From NCBI GenBank assembly GCA_044376115.1, contig JBILLK010000007.1, positions 32,001 to 96,000 of the forward strand: DNA of 64,000 bases. Reading direction: 5' to 3'. Position 1 is the first letter of the stretch; each line of letters begins with the position of its first letter. The notes under the pieces were generated by a model. That model saw only the letters and a list, made by a program, of their open reading frames with translations. It did not search any database and was not told the DNA's origin. This document shows, in pieces, positions 26,981 to 35,881 of this stretch. The DNA comes from Polyangiaceae bacterium (GTDB taxonomy: Bacteria > Myxococcota_A > Polyangia > Polyangiales > Polyangiaceae). The translations under genes were made by a program, and so were the position numbers.

Positions 26981-27931
26981 TCAGGCCGGTGAGAGCTCGA
27001 ACAGGGCGCGAATCTGAAGCACGCGCGCCTCGACACTGGCGGTGTCCAAGAGCTCCACCTTAGCAGTGCCCACGCCCTCGACGCAGCGGGATGCTGTGGC
27101 ACTGCCGTAAATCATCGCCGTTCGTGCGTGTTTTGACAGCGCCTCACGGCCAGCGGCGGTGCCGCCCTCGCCAGTGACGTGCTGCGCCAGCGCCCCAACG
27201 AAGCCGCCTGCGAAGCTGTCTCCGGCGCCGGTCGGATCCACGACGTCCTCCAGCGGGAAGCCGGGAACCGCGAAGATGCCGGTGTCGTCGAACAACATCG
27301 CGCCGTGCTCACCGCGCTTGATGATCAGCGAGTGCGGACCCATCTTGCGGATCTCGAGCGCGGCCTTGCGGATGTTGTGGATGCCCGACAGATCGCGCGC
27401 CTCTTCGTCGTTGATGATCAGCACGTCGACTCGGTTGAGCAGCGAGACGAGCTTCTCGCGCTCGCCTTTGATCCAGAAGTTCATCGTGTCGGCGATGATG
27501 ATTTGCGGGCGGCCAACCTGGTTGAGCACGTCTGCCTGCAGCGCCGGGTGGATATTACCGAGCAGCACGATCGGCGAAGAAGCAGACTCGGCCGGGATCT
27601 TCGGCGCGAAATCGGCGAACACGTTGAGCTGCGTATCCAGCGTGGTGCGCGAGGCGAGATCCGCGTCGTAACGCCCGGCCCAGCGGAAGGTCTTGCCTTT
27701 GGCGCGCTCGATGCCCTCGGTGCGAACGCCGCGCGCTGCAAGCGACTTGATCGTCGCCTCCGGGAAATCGTCACCGACGATCGCCACGACGCGCACCTCG
27801 GTGAAGGTGGATGCGGCGAAGGCGGCGTAGGTTGCAGACCCTCCGAGCGTGTCTTTGAAGTTACCGGAGGGGAGCTCGAGGTCGTCAAACGCCATCGAGC
27901 CGACGATGAGAACAGGGGCGCGAGATTTCAC
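26981..27931 (-). CDS. PfkB-family carbohydrate/nucleoside kinase
   Basis: GGSATY, IKRGEHGA and DPTGAGDSFAGG signatures. Confidence 0.93.
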   Translation of the reverse strand: MKSRAPVLIVGSMAFDDLELPSGNFKDTLGGSATYAAFAASTFTEVRVVAIVGDDFPEATIKSLAARGVRTEGIERAKGKTFRWAGRYDADLASRTTLDTQLNVFADFAPKIPAESASSPIVLLGNIHPALQADVLNQVGRPQIIIADTMNFWIKGEREKLVSLLNRVDVLIINDEEARDLSGIHNIRKAALEIRKMGPHSLIIKRGEHGAMLFDDTGIFAVPGFPLEDVVDPTGAGDSFAGGFVGALAQHVTGEGGTAAGREALSKHARTAMIYGSATASRCVEGVGTAKVELLDTASVEARVLQIRALFELSPA

Positions 27932-27959
27932 GGTCGTTCCTTTTGCAGAGTTACGAAAG

Positions 27960-28601
27960 TCAGCTGGACGCTTCTCGTTTTGCTTCGGAGAGCAAGCTCT
28001 CACATCGGCGGGCCCAACGCTCACGTTTGCAGCGCTCGGCCAACACGATTCCCCGCAGACGGCCATAGGCCTGATCGACGTCGTCGTTCACGATCACATA
28101 GTCGAAAAATCCGTAGTGAGCGATCTCGCCTTTGGCGGCAGCGAGCCGGCGGTTGGTGGTGGCTTCATCTTCGGTGCCGCGCCCGCGCAGCCGCCGTTCG
28201 AGCTCAGCGAGTGACGGCGGAAGCACGAACACGCCGACCGCCTCGGGGAAGTGCGCCTTGATTTGACGCGCGCCCTGGTAGTCGATGTCGAACAGCACGC
28301 CGCCGGCGCTCTCTCGGGCCAGATCGATCTCCCGCACGGTGGTGCCGTACAGGTTGCCGTGCACCTCCGCGTGCTCGGCGAAGGCGCCCGCGCGGATCAT
28401 CTTCTCGAAGCTCGGCCGGTCCACGAAGTGATACTCGCGCCCATCCACCTCGGTCGGCCGCGGGCGGCGGGTGGTGTGCGAAACGCTGAAGCGGAGGTTG
28501 GGAAACTCTCCGCGCAGCCGATTCGACAGCGTAGTTTTGCCAGCGCCGGAGGGAGAGGAAAGGATGAGCAGAAGAAAGTCGTCCACTCGCTCACTCAACA
28601 T
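27960..28601 (-). CDS. gmk: Guanylate kinase
   Basis: SSPSGAGKTT, SVSHTTR.PR..EVDG.EYHF, HGNLYGT, DIDYQGA. Confidence 0.97.
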   Translation of the reverse strand: MLSERVDDFLLLILSSPSGAGKTTLSNRLRGEFPNLRFSVSHTTRRPRPTEVDGREYHFVDRPSFEKMIRAGAFAEHAEVHGNLYGTTVREIDLARESAGGVLFDIDYQGARQIKAHFPEAVGVFVLPPSLAELERRLRGRGTEDEATTNRRLAAAKGEIAHYGFFDYVIVNDDVDQAYGRLRGIVLAERCKRERWARRCESLLSEAKREASS

Positions 28602-29469
28602 TTTGCACCTGCTCCCGCAATCTTTCGAGTTCTACGCGGATCTCAACGGTTTTCTGTGAGACGGAGGCGTCCTGCGCCTTGGCCGAGAGCGTTGTGGCTT
28701 CTCTCAGGATCTCTTGCAACAGAAAGTCCAGCCTGCGACCGGACACAGGCCCCGGCCCGCTGCTGCAGATCTCGATGAAGGCCGATAGGTGCGTGCGCCC
28801 TCGCGCGAGCTCCTCACTTACGTCCGTGCGATCGACGAGCAGTGCCACCTCGAGTTCGGCGCGCGCTCGGTCGAGCTCGGGCGCGATCGTCGCAAGCCGC
28901 TCGAGGAAGCGTGCACGCAATCGCGCGGGCGCATCTTTGACGGCGCTCTCGACCGCCTCGATCAGTCGAAGCGCAGCCGCTCCTCGGTCCAAAAGCTCTT
29001 GGCGCATGGCTTCACCTTCGCGCCGCCGATCCGCCTTCAAATTCTCGAGCGCTAAAGCCACCGCCCGTTCGACCAGCGGGAGCAGATCGGCTCGTTCGCC
29101 GCGATCGATCAATACGCCGGGCGCTGCGACGATCTGCTCGAGCGTGCAACGGTCTGTAAGCCCAAGCTCCACCGCCAGTGCGTCGAGCTCCGCCTTCACC
29201 TGCCGGGCGCGCGCCTTGTCGATCAAGTCGGCTGGCTCGATCGCCGCCGATGCGCGCAACAAGACCTCGACGCGACCTCGCCCGATGGCCTTCCGAACGA
29301 GCTGCTCGCAAAGCAGCGCGTGGACCGCGAGCTGGTCCGGCGTGCGTACGCGCACGTCGAGCGAGCGTGAGTTGACCGAGCGAATCTCCGCGGTGATTCG
29401 CGATGAGGACGACTCGGCGTGACCCACGCCAAACCCCGTCATACTGAAAAGAACAACCGAAGCTTCCAT
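28591..29469 (-). CDS. yicC: YicC/YloC family endoribonuclease
   Basis: SMTGFG, EIRSVNSR, DVSEEL, GRRLDFLLQE..RE, REQVQNVE. Confidence 0.93.
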   Translation of the reverse strand: MEASVVLFSMTGFGVGHAESSSSRITAEIRSVNSRSLDVRVRTPDQLAVHALLCEQLVRKAIGRGRVEVLLRASAAIEPADLIDKARARQVKAELDALAVELGLTDRCTLEQIVAAPGVLIDRGERADLLPLVERAVALALENLKADRRREGEAMRQELLDRGAAALRLIEAVESAVKDAPARLRARFLERLATIAPELDRARAELEVALLVDRTDVSEELARGRTHLSAFIEICSSGPGPVSGRRLDFLLQEILREATTLSAKAQDASVSQKTVEIRVELERLREQVQNVE

Positions 29470-29480
29470 CGAAAGTAGGT

Positions 29481-30500
29481 TCAGGCCCAGAGCTTGGACA
29501 TCACGGCGGAGGCCGCCGAGCGCCCGTCTTTACGCAAGGTGCGCAGATATTCGATCGTTGAAGGCAGGCCGTCTTCCCAACGGACGAGCGGCGCGAAGCC
29601 GAGCAGTTCGCGAGCGCGCGTGATGTCGCCGAGCGAGTGTCGAATGTCCCCGGCTCGTGGAGGATCGTGGATCACCTCGACCGGTGTCCCTCCTTGGGTG
29701 GACTGAGCGAGCTGACGTCCCAGCTCCTCGACCAGACCCAAGAGTTCCACTCGGCGCTCTCCAGCGATGTTGACGATCTCGCCGCTTAGCTTCTTGCTGC
29801 AGTCTGCCGCGAGCAGATTGGCCGTCACCGTGTTCTTCACGAAGGAGAAATCACGGGTTTGCTTGCCATCCCCGAACAGATGGATGGCCTGCCCGTCGAG
29901 CGCTTGATTGACGAACTTCGGAATCGCTGCGGCGTAGGCGCCGTCGGGCGATTGGTTCGGCCCGAACACGTTGAAGTAGCGCAGGCTGAGCGTCTCGAGG
30001 CCGTAGATCGAAGCGAACACCTTGAGTGAAAGCTCCCCCGTGACTTTGGTGATCGCGTAGGGAGACAGCGGCATCGTCGGCATCGTCTCGCGCTTCGGTA
30101 GCTCTTCCGTCTCGCCGTAGGCCGAGCTCGAAGCCGCGAAGATCACGCGGCGAACGCCTTGGTGGCGTGCGACGTCGAGCACCGTGGTGGTGCCGACGAC
30201 ATTGACCGAGGTGCTCTCGACGGGGAGGGCCACCGACTTGGGCACGCTGCCGAGAGCGCCTTGATGAAAGCAAACCTCCACGCCCTGCATCGCCTCAGCG
30301 AGCGCGTTGGCGTCGCGGATGTCCGCGGTGATCCTCTCGATCTTCGATTGGTCGGGGATCCCGTCCAGGTTCTCCCAGAAGCCAGTCGCGAGGTTGTCCA
30401 ACGCTCGCACGCGCTCGCCTCGAGAGACGAGCGCTGCGACGAGGTTCGAGCCAATGAAGCCCGCCGCCCCAGTAACGAGGAACTTAGCCTTCGCGTTCAT
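29481..30500 (-). CDS. NAD-dependent epimerase/dehydratase (UDP-sugar 4-epimerase-like SDR)
   Basis: TGAAGFIGS, YAITK, LRYFNVFGP, QTRDF. Confidence 0.93.
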   Translation of the reverse strand: MNAKAKFLVTGAAGFIGSNLVAALVSRGERVRALDNLATGFWENLDGIPDQSKIERITADIRDANALAEAMQGVEVCFHQGALGSVPKSVALPVESTSVNVVGTTTVLDVARHQGVRRVIFAASSSAYGETEELPKRETMPTMPLSPYAITKVTGELSLKVFASIYGLETLSLRYFNVFGPNQSPDGAYAAAIPKFVNQALDGQAIHLFGDGKQTRDFSFVKNTVTANLLAADCSKKLSGEIVNIAGERRVELLGLVEELGRQLAQSTQGGTPVEVIHDPPRAGDIRHSLGDITRARELLGFAPLVRWEDGLPSTIEYLRTLRKDGRSAASAVMSKLWA

Positions 30501-30515
30501 CGGACCGCTCGCGGA

Positions 30516-31025
30516 CTAGAGACCTTTTCTTCGCTGAATCTCGGACATCACGCGCTGGTACTCGATCTCCCAGGTCTGTGAGCCTTCCTTCACGTGCTTG
30601 AGCTTGCCGCGTACCTCGGTCTCGAGCGCCTCGTCGAGATCCAGGTACTTGCGCAGCGTCGGGCGCATCGCGCGACGAAGCTCGTGGTCTTCACCGAACA
30701 CTTCATCGACGCTGCCCGAGTGCATCAGCATCTCGATGCACTGGTCGAGCAAGTAGTCGAACATCTCATCGCCGATCTTGATGCCCTTTTGGTCGGCAGC
30801 GAGTCGGCGCAGCCGGCCGAGCTCTGAGGACGGTGTGTTGCGCACCTCCATCAGGTGCTTGGCGCGGTCATTCACTTCGCGCTCGGCCTCGAGGTAGGCG
30901 TTGAAGACGCTCTCCAGGTCGCGAATGACCTCGGCCTTGCTGAGGACTTCCACGAGCTTCGAGCTGACGAGCGAAGTCACCAACTCTTCCGAGAGACTCT
31001 TTACCTTGCCGCTATATAGTCGCAT
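30516..31025 (-). CDS. DUF507 family protein
   Basis: MRLY..KV N-terminus and EGSQTWEIEY...RRKGL C-terminus. Confidence 0.8.
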   Translation of the reverse strand: MRLYSGKVKSLSEELVTSLVSSKLVEVLSKAEVIRDLESVFNAYLEAEREVNDRAKHLMEVRNTPSSELGRLRRLAADQKGIKIGDEMFDYLLDQCIEMLMHSGSVDEVFGEDHELRRAMRPTLRKYLDLDEALETEVRGKLKHVKEGSQTWEIEYQRVMSEIQRRKGL

Positions 31026-31106
31026 GAGCCGGATTCCCTTCGCACGAAGCTCCGCCGACGTCGAAGGAAAAGACCGGCTTTCGTCGGCTGTGCGGGGCCT
31101 ATGTGG

Positions 31107-32297
31107 TCAAGGCCCTCGACGTTTGGGCGCCACACTCTTGGTCCGCGGTGGGTCACTCAATCGTGGAGCTGGGCTCACTGCGGGAGGGGGTGCGGGTGTC
31201 GAGTCGACGACCGAGTTCGCGAAGTCAAGTCCGCTGCCACCCGGGCTCTTGAGCGGCCTCACGCCAATCTTGAGACGCCGTTTGACAGCTTGCTTCTGAC
31301 GCTCCTTGTACTTCTCGTGACTCGCGTTGCCGGTCTCGTTGTTCTGTTCCGTCGCTTGGTCGACGATTTGGAACTCACACAACACGAACACCACCGGGCC
31401 GAGCGCCCAAGCTGACGGAGGGGCGAGCTCCATCGTCGCTTCGGGCAGTCGAATGGGAAGGTCCACGACGAAGTGGATGACCTTGTAGCTCTGGTCGCTG
31501 AATTGGTTGTCGCTCGGGGTGAACGCGTCATCGACTCCGGTTTGGAAGTCTTTGATCATCGAGCGCAGGTGAGGGTGGTCTTGGCAGTAGCTCTTGAAGT
31601 GAAAGAGCGTGTTGATGCTCTCTCCGGCGAGCACCAATGAAAACGGGAAGAGGTGCTGCGTGAGATGGAACAGCACCGGCAGAATGTCGTCCTTCTTGCG
31701 CGTGACGATGCGGAAGCGGACCTTGTCGTAGATCTGCGACGCTGAAGCGTCCGACTTCGACATCAGCTTGGTGTAGAGCGAGTCCTTGTTCTTGCGCCCA
31801 CCGACGAACTCAACGATCGGCATCCCGGCCGAGAGCATCTCGCCGACCACGCGGTAGACCTTCTCCTCAACGAGGTGGAACACGTCCTGGTCGGACATCG
31901 GTAAACAGAAGAGCAGCTCACGTCCGTCCAGGTGATGGATGATGTGCATCGCCTTGAGGATGGCGCAGGCGCACGTCTGGCGATGGCCCTTGGCCGACGC
32001 CATCAACAGGAGCTCCTCGCAGCTCGCGTTCGCTACCGGCTTGGGGATCGGAAAGTCGAACTGACGCCGCAGAAAGCTAACGGCCTCGTTGCGCAGGGAG
32101 TCGAGCCTTGCGCGGTCTCGCGGCTTGTTGGGCTGGAACTCGTGGGAGGCCAACAGCGCCGACGCATCGGCCTCGGTTTGCAGGTTGAGCCGGTGCCAGT
32201 CGATCACCGACTCGCCTCGCAGGATCAAACGAACCGACTCCAACTCGTGGAGCGCGAAGTCTTCAAGGCGCTTGAGGCGCCCGTGTTCGTCGGTCAT
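31107..32297 (-). CDS. TIGR04552 family protein (RelA/SpoT-like synthetase fold)
   Basis: LRGESVIDWHRL, K..DSL..KL.SK, IYDKVRFRIV, EFQIVD, SHEKYK. Confidence 0.8.
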   Translation of the reverse strand: MTDEHGRLKRLEDFALHELESVRLILRGESVIDWHRLNLQTEADASALLASHEFQPNKPRDRARLDSLRNEAVSFLRRQFDFPIPKPVANASCEELLLMASAKGHRQTCACAILKAMHIIHHLDGRELLFCLPMSDQDVFHLVEEKVYRVVGEMLSAGMPIVEFVGGRKNKDSLYTKLMSKSDASASQIYDKVRFRIVTRKKDDILPVLFHLTQHLFPFSLVLAGESINTLFHFKSYCQDHPHLRSMIKDFQTGVDDAFTPSDNQFSDQSYKVIHFVVDLPIRLPEATMELAPPSAWALGPVVFVLCEFQIVDQATEQNNETGNASHEKYKERQKQAVKRRLKIGVRPLKSPGGSGLDFANSVVDSTPAPPPAVSPAPRLSDPPRTKSVAPKRRGP

Positions 32298-32690
32298 CGG
32301 CTCCCATGGGATTCCGATGTCGCCGTTTCGTCAAGCCACCCGATGTCTTGTGCGGGTTCTGGTGGTCACGCTCGACGGCTGCCTTGGCTGCCGCGGAATG
32401 GACAACGAAATTCGTGGCTTCATCGACACCCCTCGTGTCCAGCCTGACCCAATATCCCACTTATGTTATTTCGAGAGATCGGCACTTATGTAACTGAAAT
32501 GCCAAGACTATCGCCGAATCTGTGTCCCTCTGTTCAGGTTGGCCCGGTTCGTGGAGGACGTTTTCCGTTGCTCGTTGTCTCCGCATCCCTTAACTCTTGG
32601 CCCGCTAGATCGAGCTGTGGTTTCTTATCCTACACTGTGTGCTCACAAGTTCTCGACGTCTGTCGGGACCTCAAGCTCGGAGATTGCCTG

Positions 32691-32855
32691 ATGAAGTTTG
32701 CTCCCTGGTTCGTCGCCGGCCTGGCCCCTTTCGGGGCGATTGCGTACAGCGGGTACCTCGGGCACGCCGTGGTGGTGGTGCTGACGGTCGGAATCTTCCT
32801 TGGGACGTTGTCCCTAGGGAAAGCGCCTCCCATTCAGACGCGGCAAGACGGCTGA
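32691..32855 (+). CDS. Putative small membrane protein
   Basis: 54-aa hydrophobic ORF with GGAG upstream, directly before the cytochrome c gene. Confidence 0.35.
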   Translation: MKFAPWFVAGLAPFGAIAYSGYLGHAVVVVLTVGIFLGTLSLGKAPPIQTRQDG

Positions 32856-32862
32856 GGTTTCT

Positions 32863-33279
32863 GTGCCCCGCGCATCCTGGCTTCGGACAGCCCTGTTGGT
32901 TTCTGTCTTGGTGCAGGGCGGCTGTGAGCCAGCGCGGGGAGAGGTTCGCGAGTGGACGAAAGAGGATCACGACGGCGCGCGGGCTCGGGGCCAAACCCCG
33001 CAGACCACCGGCAATAAGGACGCCGCGCCCGGCTTGGCCAACACGCTTTGGACCAAAACGTGTTCAACGTGCCACGGCCCCACGGGGCGAGGAGACGGGC
33101 CGTTCGCGCCCAGCTCCGGAATGCCCGACCTAACGCGGCCCGACCTGGCGAAGCTCTCCGATGACGACCTGAAGAAGGTCATTCGTGAAGGTCGCAACGC
33201 GATGCCTGCCAACCCGGACATTCCGGATTCCGTGTTGGACGCGTTGGTGAAGCGAATTCGAGCAGGCGCGCAGCGCTAG
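32863..33279 (+). CDS. Cytochrome c lipoprotein
   Basis: Single CSTCH heme motif, G.GDGP, axial Met in NAMP, lipobox-like QGGC. Confidence 0.9.
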   Translation: MPRASWLRTALLVSVLVQGGCEPARGEVREWTKEDHDGARARGQTPQTTGNKDAAPGLANTLWTKTCSTCHGPTGRGDGPFAPSSGMPDLTRPDLAKLSDDDLKKVIREGRNAMPANPDIPDSVLDALVKRIRAGAQR

Positions 33280-33351
33280 CTTTCGTTCGTTGACCAAATC
33301 ACACTCGTGCGACTGACCGATCAGCAGTCGACCGTCCCACCACTGACAAAC

Positions 33352-33381
33352 GAAAAACGGCCACCTCGCGGTGGCCGTTCT
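33352..33381 (-). terminator. Intrinsic terminator
   Basis: AACGGCCACC-TCGC-GGTGGCCGTT stem with a flanking A/T tract. Confidence 0.7.
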
Positions 33382-33428
33382 CGTTCAACCGAAGGTTGGA
33401 GCCAGCGTTCGCTGGCTCCTCATCAACC

Positions 33429-34064
33429 CTAGCGAGCAACCGCGGGGTTGCAGGGATCAACAGCGATCTCGCCGCCGTTGGCGAGCGGGATCGGCTTGCC
33501 GTCATCACCGTTGACCGGCTTGCTCTTGACGGTGGCGTCGAAGAAGGAAACGCGGCGGTTGAGCGCCTTGTTTTCCGGCGTGTCGTTGGCAGCCAGCGGA
33601 CGCGTCTCACCGAAGCCGACGGGGTAGAGGCGGTTGCACTTCACGCCGTTGTCAACGAGCCACTTGGCGACCGAGGCTGAACGGGCCTTGGAGAGCGCCA
33701 TGTTCAGGTTGTCATCGCCGTCCGAGTCCGTGTGGCCCTCGATGCGGAGCAGCGTCACGTCGGGGTTCTGCTCCATGTACTCTTTGACGATGGTGAGGAT
33801 CTCGTCTGCACCAGCCTCTGAGTCGAGCTCGGCGCTGCCGCTCTTGAACGGAACGGGGGCGGGCAGCTCGATCTCGTTCTTCTTCTTCTTGAAGCCCTTG
33901 AAGGACATCCGCTTCTTGGCGGGCTTGGGCTTCTCGGCCGTCTTGGCGGGCTTGGGCTTGGGCTCATCGGCCGGGCCTGCTTGAACCTTCACGGAGCAGC
34001 CCGTTAGAAGAAAGCTCAACGAGATGACTGCCGAGGTGACCACCGGAGTGACGAATTTGCGCAT
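33429..34064 (-). CDS. OmpA-family peptidoglycan-binding lipoprotein
   Basis: Lipobox LTGC; IEGHTD..G....N..LS..R, GFGETRP, NRRV; SD GGAGG. Confidence 0.93.
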   Translation of the reverse strand: MRKFVTPVVTSAVISLSFLLTGCSVKVQAGPADEPKPKPAKTAEKPKPAKKRMSFKGFKKKKNEIELPAPVPFKSGSAELDSEAGADEILTIVKEYMEQNPDVTLLRIEGHTDSDGDDNLNMALSKARSASVAKWLVDNGVKCNRLYPVGFGETRPLAANDTPENKALNRRVSFFDATVKSKPVNGDDGKPIPLANGGEIAVDPCNPAVAR

Positions 34065-34428
34065 AAAGATTTCCTCCAAAAAGCTCGCCGAAAGGGAAGG
34101 TCCCATTCTGGGGACGAAGGGATAGCAGCTGGGACTACGGGGATGTCACCCCGCCTCGCAGAAAACAGTTCCCCTCAACGTGGCCTTAGACGCGCCTGAT
34201 AGGCGTTGCTTCAACGAATGTCAGAAAAAGTCCGAACACTCGAATTCGCAGCGTTATCTACAGAACTCCACCCTCTGAGGGCAAGTGAGGAGTTCACGAA
34301 CGCAAGCCACCTGTTGGCTTGGTACGCTTACTCCTGGGTTTGGCTCCCAACCAAGACTCCGAACCTACAAAAAACGGCTCAGTAAGCTGCGCAGAAATCG
34401 AAATCCCGTCTCTGTTCGAGAGCGCTAC

Positions 34429-34468
34429 AAAAAAGAAACAGCGCCGGCACAATTTGCCGACGCTGTTG
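34429..34468 (-). terminator. Intrinsic terminator
   Basis: AACAGCG-CCGGCA...TGCCG-ACGCTGTT stem, followed by a T-run on the minus strand. Confidence 0.65.
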
Positions 34469-34503
34469 CGTGTCACACGGGGTAACCCCGCACGACCTCG
34501 TTA

Positions 34504-35595
34504 CTACATGCCAGCGCCGCCGGCGCCCATACCGCCCGCAGCTTCGCACGGATCGGGCTGCTCCTCGGCAGCTGCGCCAACGCCGTCAACCGTGACCACG
34601 GTCGCGTCGAAGCCGAGACCGATCGAGATGCCGGTGCAGGGCGTTCCCGCCTGCTGCGAGCCGTCCGACATGATGTCGGAGGCCTGGCGGATCTGGTTGA
34701 GGATCGACTCGACCGTCGGACCGCCGTTGCAGAACTCGGGGGACAGCGTTCCAGCGAGCGACTCGATCTGGCCGACGAGCGCCTCGGTGTCGAGAACGCC
34801 GGCGATGACGCCCTCGGTGGCGCCGCCGTGTGCAGCGTCGAGCTTCATCGTGATGAAGGCGCTGCGGATTTGCAGCGAGAGCTCGAAGCCCGCGATCGCC
34901 AAGGTCAGGTCGACGGTGCCCTTGTTGCCCGAAACCCAGGTGTTGTCCGTGAGGTACGAGTCAGCGAACTTGACCTTGGAGGTGTCCGGATCGGTCGGGT
35001 CGTCGAGGAACTCGGGGACGGCCTTCCAGGTGTTGCCGTTGCCCTCTTTGCCGGCGACGAGGATCGCGTCGATCGGGTCGTAGTTGGCCCCATCACCGAG
35101 GTTGCGCATGTTGATCATCACGTTGAACGAGCCGCTGGTGATGGCCTCGTTGATCTGCGACTCGAGATCGGTGCCCATCGACACGAGCTTGATGATCGGG
35201 ATGAGCGTGCGACCGAACGAGTTGTCGATGCCGTCGTCGCCGTCGGGGAAGACGTTGGTCGGGATGCCCTGACCCGCCGGGGTGCAGTGGTTGGCGAAAT
35301 CATCCGAGGTGATCTGGCCGTCGAGGTTGTAACCGAACGACTTCCAAGCGTCGCTGCTCTCAACGCCCTCGCGCGTCTTCGTGCCGACGTAGAGCTTGGT
35401 GGTGCCGAAAATCGTGCCGCTGCCGTCGCCGGGCGTTGCGCCAGTGGGACGGGGCGGGGGCTGTGCGCCGTCGGTGCCGCCACCCGAGCCACCGGAGCCG
35501 CCGGAGCCGCCGGAGCCGGCGTCGTCGCCACAGGCGAGCAGGGAAGCAACGAGACTAGCCGAGCCAAGTGCCAAGAGAAGTTTTGATCGAAGCAT
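34504..35595 (-). CDS. Myxobacterial lipoprotein of unknown function
   Basis: Lipobox LLAC, Gly linker, GYNLDG...C...DG..GIDN.FG motif. Confidence 0.8.
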   Translation of the reverse strand: MLRSKLLLALGSASLVASLLACGDDAGSGGSGGSGGSGGGTDGAQPPPRPTGATPGDGSGTIFGTTKLYVGTKTREGVESSDAWKSFGYNLDGQITSDDFANHCTPAGQGIPTNVFPDGDDGIDNSFGRTLIPIIKLVSMGTDLESQINEAITSGSFNVMINMRNLGDGANYDPIDAILVAGKEGNGNTWKAVPEFLDDPTDPDTSKVKFADSYLTDNTWVSGNKGTVDLTLAIAGFELSLQIRSAFITMKLDAAHGGATEGVIAGVLDTEALVGQIESLAGTLSPEFCNGGPTVESILNQIRQASDIMSDGSQQAGTPCTGISIGLGFDATVVTVDGVGAAAEEQPDPCEAAGGMGAGGAGM

Positions 35596-35881
35596 GTCAG
35601 ACCTCCAACGTTCGCGAATCGTGCCTCGCGACGAACAACCGGTTTCACCCTGGCGCGTCAGGCCGCGCCGACCACACACCCGCCGCACATAGCGACCGGA
35701 GCTTCCCCCCGTGCCGCCCGCGAGGCCCAAACTGCCTAAGTAGTGCGTAGACCCTTACTCCAAGCGATGGATAGGTCCAAGCCCCAGAATCCTAGTTCGA
35801 TCACGATCGATCGGCCACGCGAAAAGTTGCTCTTAAAGGAGGCTCGACAGCTTCCCGCAGGCGGCGTAGGCCAGTGGACCC

